This document shows, one piece after another, positions 56,001-64,000 of a DNA stretch of 64,000 bases (the stretch's first letter is position 1; each line of letters opens with the position of its first letter). The DNA is from Octopus vulgaris (lineage: Eukaryota). The position numbers were made by a program, and so were the translations under genes. Location of the stretch: assembly GCA_951406725.2 (NCBI GenBank), contig OX597822.1:115196001-115260000 (forward strand), given 5' to 3'. Under the pieces are notes generated by a model, which did no database searches, was not told the DNA's origin, and saw only the letters and a program-made list of their open reading frames with translations.

Positions 56001-57330
56001 TTCCATATTTATTATTGAAATATCACTTCTAGTATCCAATTGAAGTTTAATATGTATTCCATTTATTTTTACGCCAACGAAATTTCTTATTTGGGAGTCG
56101 ATTTTTGTTTCTGCTGAGAGTACTCAAATATTTTTAACGTTTGACTTCCGTAATTTTGTTCTGCAGTGAGAATTCTTGCGACCAATTCTTTTGCAACTGT
56201 AACATTTTTCTGGAATTTATGCCCCCACATCCATTACGTGGATTAGGACGCGGCACTCTTTTTGGTTGTACATTTTTGGTCGGCATATCTTTATTTTTGA
56301 GGGATCCTTTTCTTGAATTTTTCTACATTGCGTTTCAGGTTTAACATCCTTTGGCATTCTTCTGCCACGGACTGTAAGACTGAATCTTGGTTCGCTTGTT
56401 CCAATTCAGAAACGAATTCTTACCTGAATTTCTGTATCTTCGCTTGCTGTAAGGCCTTGTACGAAAATTAGACACTTGACCATTTCAGGGGTAAGATTTT
56501 TGAGTTTAAAACTTTCACACATTCTGTTGACTGTTCCTGTGTATGTGATAAAATCACTACTCTCTTTCGTTATATTCCAACACTCCATTCGAGTGTTAAA
56601 TACAGAAGTTTATCACAGAATATTTTAGACAGTAATTCCATTGTCTCCTTAAACAAATTTCTTTGTGAGGTGGGGGTGGGATATGAATTTAGAGTAACAT
56701 TCATGCTCATGCGGAGCTAATTTTCGCAATAAAAAATATCCCTTTTTGTTCGTCTGGCCATTATTTGCAGTCTTGCTTTAAAATCTCCACAAACCTTCTG
56801 TAGTACGATGCAAAAGTTATAACCTTCTCTGTGTTATAACTGAATTCATTAATCGAGTTCGAAACGCCATCTGGTGAAAACTAACTTCCCTAATTTTTGA
56901 ACTTCTTTGAATATCGCTCGAATAATTGTTGTTGTAGTTGTTGCTCCAGTACTTGCTTCTGCAACTCCTGTTGCTGTTCTTGTTGTTGCTTTTGCAATTG
57001 TATGAAGGAGACTAATAGGTCTTCCATTGTTTAACAAGTTTCATTGTTTAACAATTTGTTAAATAGCCTACGTGAGCTTCGAAATCTACGTCGGCAGATG
57101 TAAAGTAATTTGTTCTGTACAATAAATAAGATAACCAGACAACAGTAATAACAATGTAACGAAATAACAAATCTCTTTACAAACCAACAATCAATATCCC
57201 TTTTCAAATGACCAAACTTCCGACTTCACTGCGAACTAACACGAACATCATCCAACTCCGAACTCTGAAACTCGAACTCACTCGAACCAGTCTCTTTCTG
57301 CAAGGGAGTGTCGTAACTGTCATCACAACA
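53097..57330 (-). mobile_element. Decayed Ty3/Gypsy LTR retrotransposon (Mag/K02A2.6-like), near full length
   Basis: Integrase H-GMSRMKAL.RS.VYWP..C..C, WSRLHIDYA, LVSDNGTQF, TPPYHP (53898-54356); RT-RNaseH LQAFLGL..DTSDYGIGAVL (54781-55131); gag remnants near 56400. LTR remnants at 53097-53186 and 57099-57330. PPT at about 53187-53200, PBS-like sequence at about 57086-57096. TSD GGTAC/GGAAC. Confidence 0.9.
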
Positions 57331-57438
57331 GGAACCCATTTACAGCAGATTCTACTCAAAACACAACATACTGCAGGTCTGCGAGCCGAAACAACTATCT
57401 TGCGATCGTGAGTTCAACACCCTAACTACAAGACAATG

Positions 57439-57518
<80 letters not shown>

Positions 57519-58282
57519 GTAAAGTAGATAAATGGTACAAGGCACCAATATTTACTGGGAAATAGCAATCGTAATAAATACGACGCTATTGTATAGCTTC
57601 ACTGCGTATATACTAGCAAAGACGCGTGTGTGCAACAAACATGAAAAAAATTTGTCTTACCTCTAGGAAGAACATCTGATAAATGGACAACCTAGAATCG
57701 GATAATGCAGGACCGGTTTCTGACTCTTCAAATACGTTTGACAACGTAAATTTGATTAGTCTTCATCAGCTGCATTTACCTAGACAAAATTTCAAATGTT
57801 GCCACATTAATACCAGTACACTCGTCTGAACGCCAAAACGTTAACAGAATATATATATAGCTAGATAGATAGATAGATAGATACATACATACATACATAC
57901 ATACATACATACATACATACATACATACATACATACGTATGTATGTATGTATGTATGTATGTATGTATGTATGTGTATGTATGTATGTATGCATGTATGT
58001 ATGTATGTGTGTATACGTAGAGTTGTAAATATATGTGAGAGTGTGTATGTGCAAAAGAAAGCCGAATTGACGTCAAAGACCATACAACCATGTCACCTAG
58101 ACAGCAGCAATGATAGGGGCGGAAGGGTAGGTTTCAGGGGTGGGGGAGGCACACGGGGTAACGTGACTGTAATTGCCCAACAACTGGCAAACAATGGGTT
58201 CGTTCAGTCATATTCTTAATGCAGCCATCAGTGAAAGCAATGTCAAAAGAAAGGAGAAATGTGTCACATCACATGATTGGCT

Positions 58283-58353
<71 letters not shown>

Positions 58354-58518
58354 CCACATTCGCACAATCACACAGACACACACATATATACATGCATATG
58401 TATATAATATATATAGATATATACATGTATATATGCATGTATATGTATGTATATGTATATACACACACACACATATATATATATATGTATACACATATAT
58501 ATATATATATATATGTAT

Positions 58519-58918
58519 ACGGCTGTGTGGTAAGTAGCTTGCTAACCAACCACATGGTACCGGGTTCAGTCCCACTGCGTGGCATCTTGGGCAAGTGTCT
58601 TCTGCTATAGCCCCGGGCCGACCAATGCCTTGTGAGTGGATTTGGTAGACGGAAACTGAAAGAAGCCTGTCGTATATATGTATATATATATATGCATGTG
58701 TGTTTGTTTGTGTGTCTGTGTTTGTCCCCCTAGCATTGCTTGACAACCGATGCTGGTGTGTTTATGTCCCCGTTACTTTTGCGGTTCGGCAAAAGAGACC
58801 GATAGAATAAGTACTGGGCTTACAAAAAGAATAAGTTCCGGGGTCGAGTTGCTCGATTAAAGGCGGTGCTCCAGCATGGCCGCAGTCAAACGACTGAAAC
58901 AAGTAAAAGAGTAAAGGA

Positions 58919-58920
<2 letters not shown>
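58519..58920 (+). mobile_element. SINE family 1, near-intact
   Basis: GGCTGTGTGGTAAG (A box), GGGTTCAGTCCC (B box), CORE-like CTTGGGCAAGTGTCTT, internal microsatellite, tail GAAACAAGTAAAAGAGTAAAGGAG. Confidence 0.92.
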
Positions 58921-58970
<50 letters not shown>

Positions 58971-59349
58971 AACTATATATATGCATATATAGACATACAC
59001 ACACACATGTATATATAGAAACATATATATATATACATGCATATATGTGTTGGTGTTGTTATCTGTACGGATTATTATTATTATTGTCATTCTCCCTTTC
59101 TACTTTCTTACATTGCTTGCGGCACTTTCATACCAATGAAATACCGTGGAAGCCGGATGTCTGTCTGAATGTACGTCTGTCCCATTGTTTCTTGTCGCTT
59201 TTCACTTGTCGTACACGTTGCCGGCTGGCTGGCCGTTCGGTCGGTAGGTCGGTCGGTCGCTTGGTGGGTTCGATGGCTGGTTGGTCGGAGTGCTAGATGG
59301 CTGTGTTTGTTTTGGTGTACGAATTTGCATCATTCAACGTGCTCATAAG

Positions 59350-59351
59350 TG

Positions 59352-59402
<51 letters not shown>

Positions 59403-59454
59403 TCCCTCTTTTACTTGTTTCAGTCATTTGACTGCGGCCATGCAAGAGCACCGT

Positions 59455-59490
<36 letters not shown>

Positions 59491-59554
59491 TGGTGCTATT
59501 AAGTTAGACCTGGCCTGGACCAATCTTTGGTCGAAACATATCTAAGTTTATCTA

Positions 59555-59612
<58 letters not shown>

Positions 59613-59629
59613 TACATATATGTACATAT

Positions 59630-59675
<46 letters not shown>

Positions 59676-59704
59676 ACATATCATTGATATATTGACCTAT
59701 TTAT

Positions 59705-59755
<51 letters not shown>

Positions 59756-59950
59756 CACACACACGCACAGACAGTCATACGGGCATACATTTATATACAT
59801 AGCTACACATACACATACAAGTTTGTAATTACATGTGCATGGCTGCTTGTATGTTTGTGCGCTTATGCGAGTGTATGTATGTATATGTATGCGTATGTCT
59901 GTTTCTGTACATGTGTGTTTCTGTGTGTGTGTGTGTGTGTGTGCGTGTGT
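59350..59950. repeat. (TA)n/(TG)n field with a SINE family 1 tail fragment at 59400-59457
   Basis: Read directly from the sequence. Confidence 0.9.
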
Positions 59951-61040
59951 GTAACTTTATACCCTACTATTAACTCCTCACCTCCCAACTTTAATATTGA
60001 GCGCCGTCCCGACTTAACATCCGTATTTAACTGCATCTAACAGATAATTAATTGCTTTTTTTCTCTTTTATTATTATCATTATCTTTAACACTGTGTTAA
60101 GCTAGTTTTAGTGGTGCGTCGAACAAACTGCATAAGGGCATTTCTTCCAGTTTTACGTTCTGAATTCATATATCACCAAGGTCGATTTTGACTTTTCTCG
60201 TTTCGAGGTCGGTAATTACCAGCTGCCAATCAGAAAGGATTATTATCCTTATTTTGGAGTCACGTGGCTTAGAGGTAAGGTGTTGCACTCATGATCGTAA
60301 GATTGCGGTTTCGATTCCAGAACCCTTCGATGCAATGCAATTCCGATATACATTTTATTTCACGTTGCTCCAGTCCACTTAGCTTGCAAAAGGAGTAATC
60401 GTTTGATGGACTGGCGTCTTAGGAAACCGGCCTTATGAGCCTATGGTACGAGATGGGCTAGAATCTATTGTGTGCGTCGAACACAATGTCTCGTTCTGGC
60501 TGTTTACGATCGAACCGAGGTTATTCTCACCTTTTATCTTTTCGAAGTCGATGAAATGAACTATCCATCAAGACCTGGGGTCAAAGTTATCAACTGAGAC
60601 GCTCTCGTGCAAATTGCTAGCCTGGGGATTCAACGAGAAACCATTATGAAAAGCTACGAGCAGGCGGAATAGTTAGAATTTGGGTAAAATGCTCCATGGT
60701 ATATATTCCATTTTCTTGACCATCTGACTTCAACTTCAGACAATGTCAACATTGCCTTTCATTCTTTGCGTGCGATAAAGCAAAACGTCTCTTTTATGTA
60801 CTGTAATTTATTAATCCTTCCGCTTATAGACAGCTGGTTGTGAGCCTCAATTACGAATTGTAATAATAATAATGATAATAATATTAATAACAATAATAAC
60901 AACGACAACAATAATAATAATAGTAGTAATAATAATAATAATAATAATAGAATAATAATAATAATGATGATGATGATAATTATTGTTATTATTATTATTA
61001 TTATTATTATTTTTATTTTTATGATTATTATTATTATTAT

Positions 61041-61517
61041 TGAGTGACAGAGCAGGGCCTGCCATCAAAGTGGCACTGGAGTAAAATATACGAAGCCCAG
61101 TATACGCATCATGACTACCCGTCTGATAAGGGTATACTAGGCACATGCATTACACCCACATGTGCGTGACATGGTGATCTCTCATCAAGATAAACAACGC
61201 TTGATCTTGCAGATGGGGGCCCAATTAGAATTGTCATCAGGTCGAATAACTCATCCCGCTCAACGCTGAATACGGGTTGCTTAAGAGTGTTGAACGAAAC
61301 ACCCATGTTTCCAGAGGTGAATTATTCAAACCCCAAATAATCCTTCTCAACACCTGCCTAAGATGCTCCCCAACTACTTCTGCTTGTGATCAGAGATGCA
61401 CATATCATCAGCCACTAAGTAACATACTCAACTGGTTAAGGTCAAACAAGTGACAAGCAAATCTGCCGTATTGAGCAGAATATTTGCTGTAGACCATCTT
61501 TTATACCAAGATAAAAC
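61041..61517 (-). mobile_element. Family C non-coding retroposon-like 3' end with (TAA)n tail
   Basis: Reverse complement of 2745-3279; flanked by (TTA)n on both sides. Confidence 0.72.
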
Positions 61518-61580
<63 letters not shown>

Positions 61581-61581
<1 letters not shown>

Positions 61582-61797
61582 AGGCGATGAGCTGGCAGAA
61601 TCGATAGAACGCTGGACGAAATGCTTAGCAGTATTTCACCCGCCCCTCTGTTCTGAGTTCAAATTCCGGCGAGATCGACTTTGCTTTTCATCTTTTCGGA
61701 GCCAATGAAATAAGTACCAGTTAAACACAGGGGTCGATGTAATCGACTCATCCTCTCCTCCAAAATCGCTGTCCTTGTGGCAAAACCTGAAACCATT
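61581..61797 (+). mobile_element. SINE family 2 with the alternative tail
   Basis: GAGCTGGCAGAATCG..TTCTGAGTTCAAATTCC..CCTTGTGGCAAAACCTGAAACC. Confidence 0.82.
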
Positions 61798-61799
61798 AA

Positions 61800-61852
<53 letters not shown>

Positions 61853-61864
61853 TATCATTATTAT

Positions 61865-62670
61865 TATACATACAATAATTAGATTAGACTGTTGGAAAAG
61901 AAAATATCCTAACATCGGGCCGGAACAAGTAACCTTAGATGCCAAGAACCCTCCAAAATATCCCACCTGTCCTTAATAACACTGATTTCTGGAGCTGTAC
62001 AAAACTGCGTTTTATGCCTTTTTCTTCTATACAACTTTTCAAATCTTTAAGGATAGTCCCTAATGCACTTATAACTGCTGGGGTACATTTTACCCGCACT
62101 TTCCATAGTCTCTGTAATTGAGTGGTCAGGTCCTGATACTTTGCTATTTTTCTACACTTTCATATTAATTTTTACATCCTTTGGGACTGTAAAGTCGCTT
62201 ATCTGGCACTTTCTATTCCCTTTATCTACTACTACCAAATCAGGCCTTCTAGCTTCTATTACACTGTCAGTCTGAATGTTAAAGTCCCATACGTTTCTTA
62301 CTTTCTAGTACTTTACTAGGTTCATGTTCATACCATCTATCAGTAGCTTTCTACATTACTCCCAGTGGATTACTCTGCCTAGATTGTCATGTCCTTCCTT
62401 ATATTCTTTCTGTGCCAGCATGCTACATTCACTTACTATATGAGTAACGCTTTCCTCTTTTGATTTGCATAATATCTACATTGAAAATCTATTTGGCTAT
62501 CTTAGCTTTCATCAAATTAGTCTTTAATGTTTGATCATATGCTGCTACTAACACACTTCCTGTCTCCTTTTTCAGCCTTCCTTTCTGCAACTATAACCAT
62601 GTCTCACTACTACTATTTACTGCAACTATCTTTGGGAATCTACCATGCAAAGCCTTCTCCTGCCAATATG
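61865..62670 (-). mobile_element. Decayed R4/Dong-like 3' fragment (family G)
   Basis: Minus strand: QEKALHGRF, ESVTHIVSECSMLAQKEY..HDNLG, RRPDLVV, LWKV..PAVISALG, LQKSVLLRTGGIFWRVLG; ends near (AAT)n. Confidence 0.8.
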
Positions 62671-62709
62671 ACATCTACCTTTACATTGTAACAGAGAGAG
62701 AAATATGAC

Positions 62710-62802
62710 AGATAGACAGACAGATAGATGGATGGATAAATAGATAGATAGAAAGATAGTTAGCTAGCTAGCTAGCTAGGTAGATAGATAGGTATATTGA
62801 TT

Positions 62803-62839
<37 letters not shown>

Positions 62840-62840
62840 G

Positions 62841-62914
<74 letters not shown>

Positions 62915-62915
62915 T

Positions 62916-62947
<32 letters not shown>
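62710..62947. repeat. (GATA)n microsatellite abutting the Tx1 3' end
   Basis: Read directly from the sequence. Confidence 0.95.
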
Positions 62948-64000
62948 GTTTCTTTATTGGCCACACAGGGCTGCACACAGATGGGACAAGTTACAAGGTA
63001 GAGCTTTTCTTTTGGGGGATGAAAAAAACAAAAGAAACAAAAAAAGGGGTGGCGTAGGTTTTCGATCAAGAGGGATCGTAAAAGGGAAACAAAAAAAAAA
63101 AAATAAAAAAAAAAAAAGAAAAATTTAAAAAAAAAGAAGAAAAAAGGAAAAGGAACAAAAGAAAAGAGAAATGAAAAAGAAGAAAAAATGGGAAGAAAAG
63201 GGGAAGAGGAAAAAAAACCGATCAATAGGGATCGTGTATCACAGTGTTATGATATATGGTGTAAAGGGGAAAGCAAGTAAGGTTTATCCATGGGAAGAAA
63301 AGCCTACGAAAAAGACCACGGTAACCTTGGTCAATATTGTTATATGTTACCACATTTGTTTGCAAGTGGGTAACCCTCTGTTTTCAATTTCTGGGTTCAT
63401 AGGATTATGCTCAAGGTGGCTTCGTCATTCATACGTGCCATCCTTGCTACATTCACCCATCTTTTTTTAAAACATTCGCTAGACAAAACATTGCCTCTCT
63501 ACTCTCACTTTCCTTTTCAAGTGGTACTTGAAGAAGTTGATGAGAGATTGACCAGAGAGGAAAGTGTTTGTCTCCAATCCTTTCAGACGCGTCCACCAGA
63601 TACATTCTTTCGCCATAGCCACAAGGATGATGAAAATAGCTCTTCCTTCCCGTTTGAAGGAAGGAGGCGTGACAATATTGACGATAGACTCAGCTGATAA
63701 ACCGACTCGTCCCACACGCGACAGCAGTTGTTCGACATAAGCCCACAGGTCGGAAATTGTTGGACACTGCACGAGTGCGTGCAGAACGGTTTCGTCGCTC
63801 TGACCGCATCTCGGGCAGGTCGGCCCCGTGTTTCTCGAGCCGTGTCTGTAGAGCTTATCCCGAACGGGTAGCGCTTCTCGGTAGCACTGCCAGGCCAGGG
63901 ATCTCTGGAAGTTGTCCATGGGCCCTGGCCCGAAAGTCGTCCCGAACAGGCGGGTCAGGTACTCCTCGTCGACGTCCAGGTTCATCCCTCTGATGCTAAT
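62948..64000 (-). mobile_element. Tx1/L1-clade LINE 3' end (zf-RVT C-terminus and 3' UTR); continues beyond the window
   Basis: LAWQCYREALPVRDKL..CPRCGQSDETVLHALVQCP..W; frameshift near 63485 with the probable true stop at 63397-63399; pyrimidine-rich 3' UTR ending GCCAATAAAGAAAC, then (TATC)n. Confidence 0.88.

Noticed and set aside
58519-58600. tRNA genes at SINE heads
   Set aside because: A and B boxes are present, but there is no complete cloverleaf and each continues into a SINE body

Overview
Eukaryotic, AT-rich, almost entirely repetitive DNA. The SINE families and the very dense (TA)n/(ATAC)n/(GATA)n/(AAT)n microsatellites suggest an Octopus (cephalopod) genome; this is an inference. 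I found no confident host protein-coding gene. Most ORFs in the track are microsatellite artefacts. The window contains: (1) three head-to-tail stacks of 5'-truncated R4/Dong-like non-LTR retrotransposons, from about five distinct 3'-UTR families, separated by (AAT)n tracts; (2) fragments of Tx1/L1, RTE, CR1-like and Hero-like LINEs; (3) one decayed Gypsy element with both LTRs; (4) four Tc1/mariner relics; (5) non-autonomous Helitrons; (6) three tRNA-derived SINE families; (7) Penelope-like pseudo-LTR structures and minimal hammerhead ribozyme motifs. The most interesting signals are a SINE whose 3' tail matches the 3' end of a (GATA)n-abutting Tx1-type LINE in the same window, the (AAT)n stacks with microhomology-type 5' junctions, and the short hammerhead-bearing elements. 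All alignments were made by eye, so boundaries are approximate.
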